Positions 48,999-59,251 of a stretch of 64,000 bases of DNA are shown piece after piece. The stretch lies in NCBI GenBank assembly GCA_965203315.1, contig OZ241857.1, forward strand, positions 1,184,001-1,248,000. The letters are read 5' to 3'. Source of the DNA: Nitrosopumilus sp. GTDB lineage: Archaea; Thermoproteota; Nitrososphaeria; Nitrososphaerales; Nitrosopumilaceae. The notes beneath the pieces are model-generated. The model did not search any database and was not told where the DNA came from. It worked only from the letters and a program-made list of their open reading frames with translations. The translations under genes were made by a program, and so were the position numbers. The stretch's first letter is position 1; every line of letters starts with the position of its first letter.

Positions 48999-50694
48999 GT
49001 ATGAGGTTAGGTCTCACGCACAACTTTTAGGAGTGTATCATAGACGTTGAGACCTTGTTGCTCCCATGTTGTTACACATGTAAAGATATTGCCAACTCGT
49101 CGTTTACTCTCCTCAGATACAATACGTTGAGTTACCTTGCGGAATAGCACCATTGATCGTATAGCTCGCTCTGCTCTGTTGTTTGTGTATTCCATACCAT
49201 AGTACAGCACAAACGTGTATAGATCATCTGCAGCATTAGCTAAATGAACTCCAAATTTGCGACAAGCTTCGTTGTCTAGTTTCTTGTACTCTGCTGCAAG
49301 TGATAATGTCTTTTGCACTAGATCATCTACTCTGTATTTTAGGTATATGTCCACATGATTGGGATTGTCCACCTGTAGTGCTTTTGCAATTTCAAGTAGT
49401 TTTTGTAATCTTTTGTACATTAGTACAGTATGTACGTCACACATTGTATCTTTTGCATTTCGCAGTATGTGCGCCCAACAACGTTGCCGTACATTGAATA
49501 GCTTGTACACGGCATATCCATCCGACACGAGTGGTATCAGAATATACTTTTTGAACGTTTTTTCAAGAAACTTTTTTGTACGATCTGGCGATATGATAAA
49601 TTGCGTACCATAATCGCCGACAAGAACCCAGACCCATCCCAATTTCGCAGCAAGGGACATCGACGTCTCGTCCATGTAGATTACCTTGGATTTTAGGTTC
49701 ATTCTCTCTATTTTTTTGACATATTTGTCTAGTTTATCGGCAATCGTGTCTATTGCACCCGTTACCATCTTTTTAGATATACATGGGTCTAGGCATTGAA
49801 GAGTACTAGTTATTGTTCTGATACTACAGCCATTCTTTCTCATTATGGTTGCAATCACGCCTAGAATTGGGCACAACATTGTGTTGTGTAGTATGTCTGG
49901 GATGCTGTCGAATGTATCGCCTGATGCGCCACAATCTCTACAGTTGTAAAAGTATCCTATATGGAGTATGTGCAATATTATGATCTGTATGTCAATCGTT
50001 CTCTTTTGTCTAGACCTCTTGTTGTCAACATGCTTACTGCCACATCCATCACACTTTTCTTTTTTATGATGTTTTGTCTTGTCTGTTTTTATGTTGTCGG
50101 AAACTCCTTTGTGACCCTTGTCTTGTCCTGCTTTTTTCCATTCGCTTTTAGATTTTCTTGTACCCTTTTTTACATGATCTGGTTGTTTTGATGACGGTAC
50201 GTTAGAATTGTCGAGCTGCTTGCGTCTCGTTTCTTTGTTCTTGGCCTGTGCTGTTTGTACCTCTATCTTTTCTTTTTTACCCTCTATCTTTTTTCTGGTG
50301 TTACGAATCTTGGTCTGTGATAGTTGTTGACCACGTTCTATTATCTTGATCATCCTTTGGAATACATTAAAACAATCATTGATTGAATTTGGAGATACTT
50401 GAAGTCCCATAATTGTAGCAAGTAAAATCTCGTACAGTTTCATATTCATTCTCTCATGCTTTGCAACTTGTTTTTGTAGACTCGTAATGGTCTCTTGTTG
50501 TTGTTCGATGGTATCATTTTGCTGCTTGACAGTATCCTCTAGATCTGCTATCTTGGTAGCCGTCTCTCTATCTTTCTTGGCCTTTTGTCTCGCGATCTGT
50601 CTAGACATTGTCATAATTGGTAATGTTTGGATTTAGCCTAGATTATCTAGAAAAGTTGTCCCTTTTGGTAGATCTTTTAAACCTAACCTCGTAC
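48999..50694 (-). mobile_element. Complete IS66-family element
   Basis: TIRs GTA(T/C)GAGGTTAGGT (13/14); perfect 8-bp TSD AGAAAATC at 48991 and 50695. Confidence 0.93.
49007..50614 (-). CDS. IS66 transposase
   Basis: YMDET, VSDGY, QRCWAH and TNNRAERAIR; paralog of 30463-32043. Confidence 0.92.
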   Translation of the reverse strand: MTMSRQIARQKAKKDRETATKIADLEDTVKQQNDTIEQQQETITSLQKQVAKHERMNMKLYEILLATIMGLQVSPNSINDCFNVFQRMIKIIERGQQLSQTKIRNTRKKIEGKKEKIEVQTAQAKNKETRRKQLDNSNVPSSKQPDHVKKGTRKSKSEWKKAGQDKGHKGVSDNIKTDKTKHHKKEKCDGCGSKHVDNKRSRQKRTIDIQIIILHILHIGYFYNCRDCGASGDTFDSIPDILHNTMLCPILGVIATIMRKNGCSIRTITSTLQCLDPCISKKMVTGAIDTIADKLDKYVKKIERMNLKSKVIYMDETSMSLAAKLGWVWVLVGDYGTQFIISPDRTKKFLEKTFKKYILIPLVSDGYAVYKLFNVRQRCWAHILRNAKDTMCDVHTVLMYKRLQKLLEIAKALQVDNPNHVDIYLKYRVDDLVQKTLSLAAEYKKLDNEACRKFGVHLANAADDLYTFVLYYGMEYTNNRAERAIRSMVLFRKVTQRIVSEESKRRVGNIFTCVTTWEQQGLNVYDTLLKVVRET

Positions 50695-50753
50695 AGAAAA
50701 TCTAAAGATTGTGTAGAACGATATGTAGATTTGCCACAAACTCTAGTAATCAT

Positions 50754-52718
50754 TCAGTCAAATCTCTCATCATTAATAATATCTGGATATGATCTCGGAT
50801 CTTCATTTGTATCTAAATATGTATCTGCCTCAGGATTGAGAAACAGACTTGTATCAATACTAAATAGAGCTCGTCTAACTCGTTCATTTATTGGAAGGTC
50901 TTTCATACCATAGCGCTTACATGCAAATTTTAGCATTCTAGGTGTGTATGCAGTCATAGAACCAGAAGGATGTATTGTATTCTGAATCTCTGTTGACTGG
51001 TAGATCATTTCACCAAATTTAATCTCCATCGCAGAGTTAATGTCCTCGTCTCGTAGAATAGGTAGTATATAATTAATATATTCACTAAATCGCTGACGTA
51101 GTATCTGACCTGTATTTCTACTAAGCAAGAATTCAGCAAATACTTCACCACCCTCTGATTTACACCTAACACTAGGAAATCCGCAGAACATTTTGACTTT
51201 GTTCTTCTTAAATCCCCATACAGATCTACCAATCATCTCTTCTGACTGATCTGGATCAAAATCTGCCTCATCTTGTAAAGTCTCAGATATCGTGTCATCT
51301 AGATACCACACATTGTGTTGTTTATCATACCAGCAGTTGTTGTAGATATCTTTTTTATTCGTGTTGTCCGGATTTGAAAAATCTTCTAATACTTCTCGTG
51401 TGTTATCTCTATTTGATAATAAACCAGATAATTGCTCATAATCAACGCATTTTACATCTACAGGATAATGTCCTTCTGGTGTATCTAATCTATCTATCAT
51501 ATACTCGATCCATTCATCATCGTATTCATCCGTAAAGTTTTGTAATGGTTCATCTTTACACCATAATTTGTATAAAAGTTCAACTCTTTTATCATAGTAT
51601 CTAATAGACTCTGCTCGGTTTTTATTAGTACAAGCTGCAACTAGTACCAACTCGGAGTTATTGTCTCTAATATAGTCTAGTTTCTCTTTAAGGTCTAAAA
51701 AGTTTTCATCTTGTTCTAATCTAGAACGAACTTTATCAGAGTTGTCGTCGAATTTAGCAAGTGCTTCTAGATCTTTTTTATATTTACCCAGTCCTTTTTC
51801 TATAAAACGTGCTAATCGTGTATGTCTTTGAGAAAATGCACGTTGGCGCTCTTCTGCATCTGTTATAGATGTGATCAAATTTATGTCCCAATCGTTTAGT
51901 TTACACGCCATAATTAGATTAAATTCTACATCTGAAAAATATGGAGAAAACTTTCCAAAAGTGAATTTGGTATGATCTTTAAGATAATCTACAAAATCTT
52001 CATCCATACTTCTAGCTAGTCCATATAGTTCATTATGACTAAGTTTAGAATAATATTCATTTATTTCTGAGAAACTATATTTTTTCTTGTAATCAAAATT
52101 TGTAAATTGTTCTCTAATCGATAAAGATATTGAATCACGATCAGCTATTTTTGGCAGAACTAGATCAAAAGAGAAGACAGGATCACTAAGGATGGGTAAT
52201 GTATTGTCCCATCCAATGGTAATACCATTTTTACGATCTCTGATAAACATTACATGTTCAAAGCTCACATCAGTCGATATTCCCTTGGCAGTCTCGTGGA
52301 CAATACCTTTGTTTGTAACATATAACAGCCCTTTCTCTTTATCGATACTAACATTGGGACATGTAGATACGATGTGCTCATTTGGTCGAAGATATAACAA
52401 TCCGTCCTTATTCTTTGATATTATCTTTTGTGATACAAGTTCATCAAAGATCTTGCTACAAAGTTTTGCTGATTTGATCTCATCTGTACCTAGATTGAAC
52501 ATCTCTGTCTCACATCTGGTTGGATCGGAATCGTCTTTTTTATAATATATGCGAATTCCTGTATCTTTTATCGGTACAATAGAACGGACAGTCTTTATGG
52601 GAACAGACCATACAGTCTCTTCATCATTGTAAACTTTGATCAATGAGGGTGTAATCTCTAGTATCTGATCACCTCGTATTGGGACATTAATAAGCATTTT
52701 TTTTCTAGCCAATCTCAT
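50754..52718 (-). CDS. 654-aa hypothetical protein with possible PH/GRAM-like N-terminal domains
   Basis: Long clean ORF; LRPNEHIV...GLLYVTNKGIV...VSFEHV pattern. Confidence 0.65.
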   Translation of the reverse strand: MRLARKKMLINVPIRGDQILEITPSLIKVYNDEETVWSVPIKTVRSIVPIKDTGIRIYYKKDDSDPTRCETEMFNLGTDEIKSAKLCSKIFDELVSQKIISKNKDGLLYLRPNEHIVSTCPNVSIDKEKGLLYVTNKGIVHETAKGISTDVSFEHVMFIRDRKNGITIGWDNTLPILSDPVFSFDLVLPKIADRDSISLSIREQFTNFDYKKKYSFSEINEYYSKLSHNELYGLARSMDEDFVDYLKDHTKFTFGKFSPYFSDVEFNLIMACKLNDWDINLITSITDAEERQRAFSQRHTRLARFIEKGLGKYKKDLEALAKFDDNSDKVRSRLEQDENFLDLKEKLDYIRDNNSELVLVAACTNKNRAESIRYYDKRVELLYKLWCKDEPLQNFTDEYDDEWIEYMIDRLDTPEGHYPVDVKCVDYEQLSGLLSNRDNTREVLEDFSNPDNTNKKDIYNNCWYDKQHNVWYLDDTISETLQDEADFDPDQSEEMIGRSVWGFKKNKVKMFCGFPSVRCKSEGGEVFAEFLLSRNTGQILRQRFSEYINYILPILRDEDINSAMEIKFGEMIYQSTEIQNTIHPSGSMTAYTPRMLKFACKRYGMKDLPINERVRRALFSIDTSLFLNPEADTYLDTNEDPRSYPDIINDERFD

Positions 52719-53007
52719 AATGATGAGACATGCTGTAGTTTTAATATTTTTGTATTACATCTGATACTCTGATGTGTTCTTTACAATGTCTCAGATTGCA
52801 ATTCTATTTGATTGGAATACAGATTACTCTGCCGACAACGTATTTTTGAAGGGTTGTGTATATGCTTCACATACCAGATTCTTTAGTAGAGTTTGTAGTA
52901 TGGGTGTTCATGTAACATTAATTTTGAACAGTATAGATGTAAATAAGATAGAGAATGTTAGGTTTGTGCAATGTATTGTAATTTTCTGACACTAGAACTC
53001 AACTCTA

Positions 53008-53120
53008 GGATCTCTTCGGTTTATATGGGATGACATTTTGCAAGACTTTTTTCTAATTTTCCCTCATAGAATCTTGTAGTGTTTTTTCTGTAACCATTCT
53101 CACATAAACCGAAAAGATCC
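53008..53120. mobile_element. 113-bp MITE
   Basis: TIRs GGATCTCTTCGGTTTAT / ATAAACCGAAAAGATCC (16/17). Confidence 0.8.
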
Positions 53121-53320
53121 ATGCAGAGAACTAGTGATCCAGCTGATCTATTCATGAAATAGTACAACGGTGATAGGCCACACATGTCTCTAAAAGATGG
53201 TCATAAAGACCAGCAGACGCATTTATCAGGAAACAATCTCCAAAGGGAGTAGTCATTGATGGGTCGTCAGGGGATGATTATTATGTAAGATGATGTGGTG
53301 AATGACTTTTCATATCCCAC
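53121..53320 (+). pseudogene. C-terminal remnant of an IS481/IS3-like transposase
   Basis: FMK*YNGDRPHMSL; boundaries approximate. Confidence 0.5.
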
Positions 53321-53322
53321 AA

Positions 53323-53660
53323 CTAGCTATCAATATGTTTTGGCATCCTGAAACCACCTTTTTTTAATAGGTTGAAAATTTCGCTGATCTCATCTGGACT
53401 CTTAATTCTACGATTCTTTAATATCTTTAATAGTCCTATAAGACCAGTATATCTTATCCCTAATTCCGATGCTGCACTTCGTGCGTCTCCATCATCCAAA
53501 ATACAGTAAATGCTGTCAGTGTATTGGCTTAGTTTTAGATAAGTAAGGATCACATCTGTCTCATATGGCTCTAATTCTGCATAAATTTGTCGAAAAGAGT
53601 TAATTTCTTCAAGCGAGTTTCTTTCTAAGCGTTCAAGTTTATGCTATAGACTGTATGCGT
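53323..53660 (-). pseudogene. 5'-truncated PIN-domain (DUF3368-like) gene
   Basis: LERNSLEEINSF..LEPYETDVILTYLKL..YCILDDGDAR, paralogous to 34015-34515; N-terminus missing next to the MITE. Confidence 0.75.
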
Positions 53661-53665
53661 ATTAT

Positions 53666-53840
53666 GGTTCTGTTCAATTGACGGGGGTTGAGATCGTTAC
53701 GACGTTATCTCAAAGAACGCACAATATGTGACTCAAAACAGCAGAAATTTACGATAGATAATGAGACCGTTTCCATATTTTGCAAAATTTTTCGAGAATT
53801 TTGTGCATAAAATACCAACCCCCGACAAATTGACAGAACC
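53666..53840. mobile_element. 175-bp MITE with GGTTCTGT TIRs
   Basis: GGTTCTGTTCAATTGAC...AAATTGACAGAACC; inverted homolog of 33517-33693. Confidence 0.87.
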
Positions 53841-54032
53841 ATGCCAAGTATGCACCAATTGAGTGATTGAGAGGACTCAAAATCTGACAAGTGTCAGACG
53901 CAAGTTTGTATGAATTCCTCTATGGATTAGAATGGCTCGATCTACAAATAGACAAAAGGTGAGCGATCACTGGTTGCTGTGAGAATACCATATTGGTAAG
54001 GCTTTTATGGAAAAAATTTTGTGATTTGGATA

Positions 54033-54344
54033 GTGCCTAATTGTCCAGAGTGTACCGCAAGGGAAAAGAAAAAGATCCAAACTAGATATGAGGTAGAGAC
54101 GCCAGAAGAAGAACGCAACAGGGATGATCTCTACAAGATGTTCGATCAGATAGATATTCCAATGGAGATGGATGAGAAGAACCGTCGCCACTTTATATGC
54201 AAAAGGTGTGGTTTGTATGCAACTAGAGAAGAGATCTCTGATATCAAATTCCGCCTGAATCAACGGGAAAAGACACGCGAGGATAAGCATTATGACTATC
54301 TAGACTGGTGGTCAAAGAGTAAGAAAGAAAAGATAGAGAATTAG
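54033..54344 (+). CDS. Zn-ribbon hypothetical protein
   Basis: MPNCPEC...ICKRCG; GTG start preferred. Confidence 0.75.
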   Translation: MPNCPECTAREKKKIQTRYEVETPEEERNRDDLYKMFDQIDIPMEMDEKNRRHFICKRCGLYATREEISDIKFRLNQREKTREDKHYDYLDWWSKSKKEKIEN

Positions 54345-54355
54345 GGTTTTGAGAT

Positions 54356-54736
54356 ATGACAGGCAAGGATGATATCCCAGAATGGGTTGAAGATGAGATA
54401 CAGAACGCAAAATTTCGAAAACCGCAAAAGCTTAAACGAACTGGGTACATACTCGAGATATATGATACTGACAACAAGATCGATGCTCAACTGTACGACG
54501 CGATCGAGGATGGTCGTCATATAATTACAATGGATCTAGGCAAGAACAAAACAGACCAGTTAGAGAGAGGGGTGGTCTATGAGTTTGTGTTTAATCAGCA
54601 TAAAGCACCTCTGAGCAAGGAGGTTACAGAGTATCTGGCAACAGAGAAAGGGATAGAGATGGAAGCAATATATCAGTTTGAGTTAAAGTCGCTTGAAGAG
54701 CTCGATATGGAATCAGAGTCTGTAGATGACGAATGA
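54356..54736 (+). CDS. Acidic hypothetical protein
   Basis: Clean ORF directly downstream of the previous gene on the same strand. Confidence 0.72.
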   Translation: MTGKDDIPEWVEDEIQNAKFRKPQKLKRTGYILEIYDTDNKIDAQLYDAIEDGRHIITMDLGKNKTDQLERGVVYEFVFNQHKAPLSKEVTEYLATEKGIEMEAIYQFELKSLEELDMESESVDDE

Positions 54737-55530
54737 GTCGATCTTAGCTTTGAACTAAACATACGACCAAGTATTGGATTTATGATGAAAGGGACTGTGT
54801 GTTTTAGCCAGACTACTGTACGAGATATGGAAGGGACTACTATCTCGAGTCTTGACGAGTCTGCTGCACGTACAATCGCCTTTGCGACAGTCTTTGCATC
54901 AAGAGATATGTTAGATTTTGGCATGGATGTAAAAGACTCGTGATCAAAGAACTCTGTTTTGACCATTATTGGACTAACGACTGTTATATCTACTCCTTTA
55001 CCAGACAGCTCATGTTTGAGACCTTCTGAGAATCCAAGCATTGCAAACTTTGAAGCACAATATGGTGCAATTCCTGGCAACCCAAAGCTTGCAGCAAGTG
55101 ACGCAACGTTTACAATATGACCAGAGTCTTGTTCCAACATTGATGGAAGAAATGTTTTGGTACAGTATATCATACCTAGATAGTTTGTAGCCATCTGAGA
55201 TTCAATATCATCAATAGATAGATCAGATGCAGATCCATAGATAGCAAATCCTGCATTGTTTACGAGAATATCAACAGTACCAAATGTTTCTAAAACGATC
55301 TTGGACATCTCTAATACTTGATCCTTCTTCGAAATGTCGCACGTATATGCAAGACATTTGATATTGTATTGTTTTAGTTTTTCTGCAAGTTGATTCAATC
55401 TAGTCTCTCGTCGTGCGACAAGGATTAGATTTGCTCCTCGTTTGGCAAACTCGATCGCAGTTTGATATCCAATCCCAGAAGATGCTCCCGTAATCAAGAC
55501 TGTTTTATCTTTATACTTCATTGTACACAA
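54673..55530 (-). CDS. Short-chain dehydrogenase/reductase
   Basis: TGASSGIG, NNAG and YCASK. Confidence 0.93.
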   Translation of the reverse strand: MCTMKYKDKTVLITGASSGIGYQTAIEFAKRGANLILVARRETRLNQLAEKLKQYNIKCLAYTCDISKKDQVLEMSKIVLETFGTVDILVNNAGFAIYGSASDLSIDDIESQMATNYLGMIYCTKTFLPSMLEQDSGHIVNVASLAASFGLPGIAPYCASKFAMLGFSEGLKHELSGKGVDITVVSPIMVKTEFFDHESFTSMPKSNISLDAKTVAKAIVRAADSSRLEIVVPSISRTVVWLKHTVPFIINPILGRMFSSKLRSTHSSSTDSDSISSSSSDFNSN

Positions 55531-55562
55531 AGCATCGAGTAGTGATTAAAGTGCTTTTGTTA

Positions 55563-56180
55563 TCATGATGAGGTTTGTGTGACATCTGGCTCGATGAATT
55601 CATCTTTGTGAAAGATATATTCGAGTTTGATCTTTTGCTCGATGGTTTGTAGCTGTGTATCAGTTCCTCTAAATAGGATGCATACTAGTGATCTGCATTC
55701 ATATCCCTCTGATTTTATCGCATCAACGGCCGTTAATGCTGAATTGCCACTAGTTATAACATCATCAAGTATTACACACGGAGATGATACTATACCCTCA
55801 ATCCGTTTAAGAGTTCCGTGTGATTTTTGTTGTTTTCGTACAAAGAATGATGTTATCAAGGGATATGAGTCGTCTTGATTATGCTTGATGTAACTATACT
55901 GGGATACAGCTGTTGCCATAGAGATCGAGCCCGACTCTAGTCCACCCACAGATCTGATACTAGGTATCTTGATGATGTTATTGTATAATATCTTGCCCAC
56001 TAGACTAATGCCCTGTGGATCGGCATTGAGTAGTCGCAGATCAAAATAGTAGGGACTAGTATCGCCAGATGCTAGTTGAAATGGTTTGTTGGGTGAGTAT
56101 TGAAAAGCTTTGGTCTTGGTCATGACATCTCGAAGTATACGCGTATCTTGTCTATTGAACATTATTGATAGTATCCACAT
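55563..56180 (-). CDS. pyrE: Orotate phosphoribosyltransferase
   Basis: FQLASG..SPYYFD, VRKQQKSHG and ILDDVITSG. Confidence 0.88.
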   Translation of the reverse strand: MWILSIMFNRQDTRILRDVMTKTKAFQYSPNKPFQLASGDTSPYYFDLRLLNADPQGISLVGKILYNNIIKIPSIRSVGGLESGSISMATAVSQYSYIKHNQDDSYPLITSFFVRKQQKSHGTLKRIEGIVSSPCVILDDVITSGNSALTAVDAIKSEGYECRSLVCILFRGTDTQLQTIEQKIKLEYIFHKDEFIEPDVTQTSS

Positions 56181-56451
56181 ACAGATAATAAACCATCAAG
56201 AATGTAGTTCGTTTGATTGATGTAAGAGGTCATCATCACGACCATGGTTTGGTTGGGAATCTAACATTTGTCTAGTCATCATACACTTGTATTGTACGAA
56301 AATTATTTAAATTCATCAGAATTTTTGTTTGTCCAGATGTGATTCTTGCTAATTTTAGCGCGTCGTGTTTCTTTCTAAATGCCAACGTATATTTGCGAAC
56401 AATGTTATCAATCTACACCAATAAAGTCAATCACATATCTAAAAATGATAT

Positions 56452-57468
56452 CTAGGTAATCTCTGATTTTGATATATTACTGAGTGCTAGTTTTACCAAC
56501 AATAACCACGTAATTACAATAGGTACATAATACGTTGCAACACGCCATCCAATAACTGCATTCCAAGCAATGTCTCCTTGAGGTACATCAAAGTTAAATG
56601 GATCTAGGTCATTTAGATATGCAACTATACCAAACTCGGCAAGACCAGAACCGCCTATAGTGATCGGTAGATTTCCAATTGCGTTTGCTCCCATTACTGC
56701 CATGATCGAATCAAATGCACCAACCATATAGCTAACACCAAGAGCTATTATCATAAACGATATACCATAAAATATCCAAGATGCAATCGAAAATAGAAAC
56801 GACACCACAAATACTCTCTTAGACTGCGATGTCTTGAGATTTGTTCGACTCATCATACATATCTCTCGCATCCAAGAGTTCGCCTCTTCTATGTATTTAG
56901 TGCCCTTGGTCTTTCCGAATCGTTGCACAAGGCTTGCTAGCACTTGAGGAACTTGAAATGTTCTCTTTGATGATAAAAAGAATAAGACCATCCACAAAGA
57001 AGTTACGACAATACTAGTACCAAGAACAACTCCTGCAACGACATATGCTCCATTCAGTAGAGCGATAACACCTGCAATAATAGATAACAGACCAGCTGCA
57101 AAGACCTCGGTTACAATATCCATAATTGCGATCCAGGTTGATTTAGACGGCTTGACCCCCTTTTTGTGTAGATAGTATATTACGACAAACTCGGCACCAA
57201 CAAACATTGGTGTTGTAAATTTTATAAACTCACTACCAACTCGTACACCAACTAGCTTCAATACGGAATCAAATTTGGGCAAGTATTGTCGTGTGATATA
57301 TGCAAATTTAATACCTTGCAATCCCAATTTTGCCATCATTGCAAGAACAGCTGCAATAAACGGAATTATCCCAATTGCTAGAATATCTTCTAGCTGTATA
57401 TCAAACTGGATCGCTATGATAATTATTGGAATTAGTGTTACAGGTATAACTGCTAGTCTCCAGTTCAT
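56452..57468 (-). CDS. Flippase-like / lysylphosphatidylglycerol-synthase TM domain protein
   Basis: Multi-TM; TTPMFVGAE, LPITIGGSGLAE and WRVATYY; start at MNWRL. Confidence 0.82.
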   Translation of the reverse strand: MNWRLAVIPVTLIPIIIIAIQFDIQLEDILAIGIIPFIAAVLAMMAKLGLQGIKFAYITRQYLPKFDSVLKLVGVRVGSEFIKFTTPMFVGAEFVVIYYLHKKGVKPSKSTWIAIMDIVTEVFAAGLLSIIAGVIALLNGAYVVAGVVLGTSIVVTSLWMVLFFLSSKRTFQVPQVLASLVQRFGKTKGTKYIEEANSWMREICMMSRTNLKTSQSKRVFVVSFLFSIASWIFYGISFMIIALGVSYMVGAFDSIMAVMGANAIGNLPITIGGSGLAEFGIVAYLNDLDPFNFDVPQGDIAWNAVIGWRVATYYVPIVITWLLLVKLALSNISKSEIT

Positions 57469-57563
57469 TAGCTGAATGCTAAATGTAGTAAATATGAAAG
57501 TTGAGTGTAGTCTAGATGTGCATCTCTTCAAACTTGAAATATGAGAGGTAGAGAAGGAGGTCT

Positions 57564-58322
57564 GTGAAGACCATCTATGTGTCTGGAACAGCCGGTGCAG
57601 GTAAGTCACTCCTTACTGCACGACTACACGAACACTATACAGCAAATGGCGCATTTGCAGCTGTCTTGAACTTGGATCCAGGAGTACTGAATTTACCATA
57701 TACATGTGATGTAGATGTAAGAGACTATGTCGATATTGTATCGATAATGGAACAATATGATCTTGGACCAAATGGTGCATTGATCATGGCTAGTGATCTT
57801 GTAGCAACAAAGATAGACGATGTACGAATCGATATAGAACGAGTGAATCCGGATTATTTGATAGTTGATACGCCTGGTCAGATAGAGTTGTTTGCATATC
57901 GCAGTAGCGCAAAGTTTCTAATAGATAATCTAACAGTAGAAGACAAGACAAATGTCTTTATCTTCGATGGTTCATTGATTACAACTCCAACCAACTTTGT
58001 ATCGATAGCATTGCTTGCTACGTCAATTCGATTACGATTGGGTCTTCCAACCATCAATACGATTACAAAGACAGATCTCATAGGTGATCAGATAGAGACG
58101 ATACTGCGATGGTCAACTAGTTTGGTAGATTTGGAGAATGAGATTGCAGCTACAACAGATGGAGATATGTATACGCTTGTGACAAATATACTACGAGGAA
58201 TAAACTTGGGTGGTTTCGTACAAGGAGTGATTCCAATATCAAATGTTAGTGGAGATGGCTTTGTGTCCCTAGAAGCAGCGCTGAGTAGAATTCTAAATCT
58301 AGGTGAGGATGTAGAGGATTAG
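57564..58322 (+). CDS. GPN-loop GTPase
   Basis: GTAGAGKS, NLDPG, LGPNG and DTPGQIE. Confidence 0.93.
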   Translation: MKTIYVSGTAGAGKSLLTARLHEHYTANGAFAAVLNLDPGVLNLPYTCDVDVRDYVDIVSIMEQYDLGPNGALIMASDLVATKIDDVRIDIERVNPDYLIVDTPGQIELFAYRSSAKFLIDNLTVEDKTNVFIFDGSLITTPTNFVSIALLATSIRLRLGLPTINTITKTDLIGDQIETILRWSTSLVDLENEIAATTDGDMYTLVTNILRGINLGGFVQGVIPISNVSGDGFVSLEAALSRILNLGEDVED

Positions 58323-58324
58323 AG

Positions 58325-59251
58325 ATGCACGTAACTGTACGAGCTCCTTCGACTACTGCAAACTTGGGTCCTGGATTTGATGTGTTTGGATTGGCAATGA
58401 ATGCATTCTATGATACAGTAACACTTGCAAAGACTAGATCAGATATCACTATAATCACAGAGGATGATATTCCAACAAAACCAGACGAGAATACAGCAGG
58501 TCTGGTAGTAAAGAACATGATGCAGAGATTCAAGATTAGTGGAGGAGTCGAGATCAGAATACAAAAAGGTGTTCCAGCTGGATTTGGTATGGGAAGTAGT
58601 GCAGCGTCAGCAGCTGCAGCTGTTGTGGCATTTGATGAACTCTTTGGATTACATCTAGATAACAATAGATTGGTAGAGATGGCAGGTATAGGTGAGGAGG
58701 CTAGTGCAGGTATAGTTCATTATGATAATGTAGCAGCAGCTGTTCTTGGAGGATTCGTTATAGTACAGACAGATCCATTAAATGTACTCCGAGTATCACC
58801 ACCTAGAGATCTATGGATGTGTATAGGAGTACCAAAGATCAAAGTTCCAAAGAGAAAGACGCAGGTGTCTCGTGGATCACTACCAAAAAAGGTCACATTT
58901 GAAGACAGTATTACAAATCTCACTAATGCTGTAGTGATAGCTGCCGGATTCATCAAGAAGGACTCTAGTATGATATGTAATGCCATAAGAGATGTAATAG
59001 TCGAACCTGCTAGAATGCACATGATACCAGGATTTACATCAGTGAAACAGAATGCACTAAAGGCAGGAGCTGCAGGCGTTACGATTAGTGGTGCAGGACC
59101 GTCAGTTATAGCATTTACATCAGAGTCTGCTAATCTTGTAGAGATCGGTACAGCAATGTCGCGTGGTTTTCAGTCAGTAGAGATAGATTCGCAGATAATA
59201 CATTGTAGACCGAGTCGTGGCGCCATACATATGAAGAGGTATGTACGTTGA
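58325..59251 (+). CDS. thrB: Homoserine kinase
   Basis: ANLGPGFD, PAGFGMGSSAAS, HYDNVA and ISGAGPS. Confidence 0.95.
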   Translation: MHVTVRAPSTTANLGPGFDVFGLAMNAFYDTVTLAKTRSDITIITEDDIPTKPDENTAGLVVKNMMQRFKISGGVEIRIQKGVPAGFGMGSSAASAAAAVVAFDELFGLHLDNNRLVEMAGIGEEASAGIVHYDNVAAAVLGGFVIVQTDPLNVLRVSPPRDLWMCIGVPKIKVPKRKTQVSRGSLPKKVTFEDSITNLTNAVVIAAGFIKKDSSMICNAIRDVIVEPARMHMIPGFTSVKQNALKAGAAGVTISGAGPSVIAFTSESANLVEIGTAMSRGFQSVEIDSQIIHCRPSRGAIHMKRYVR

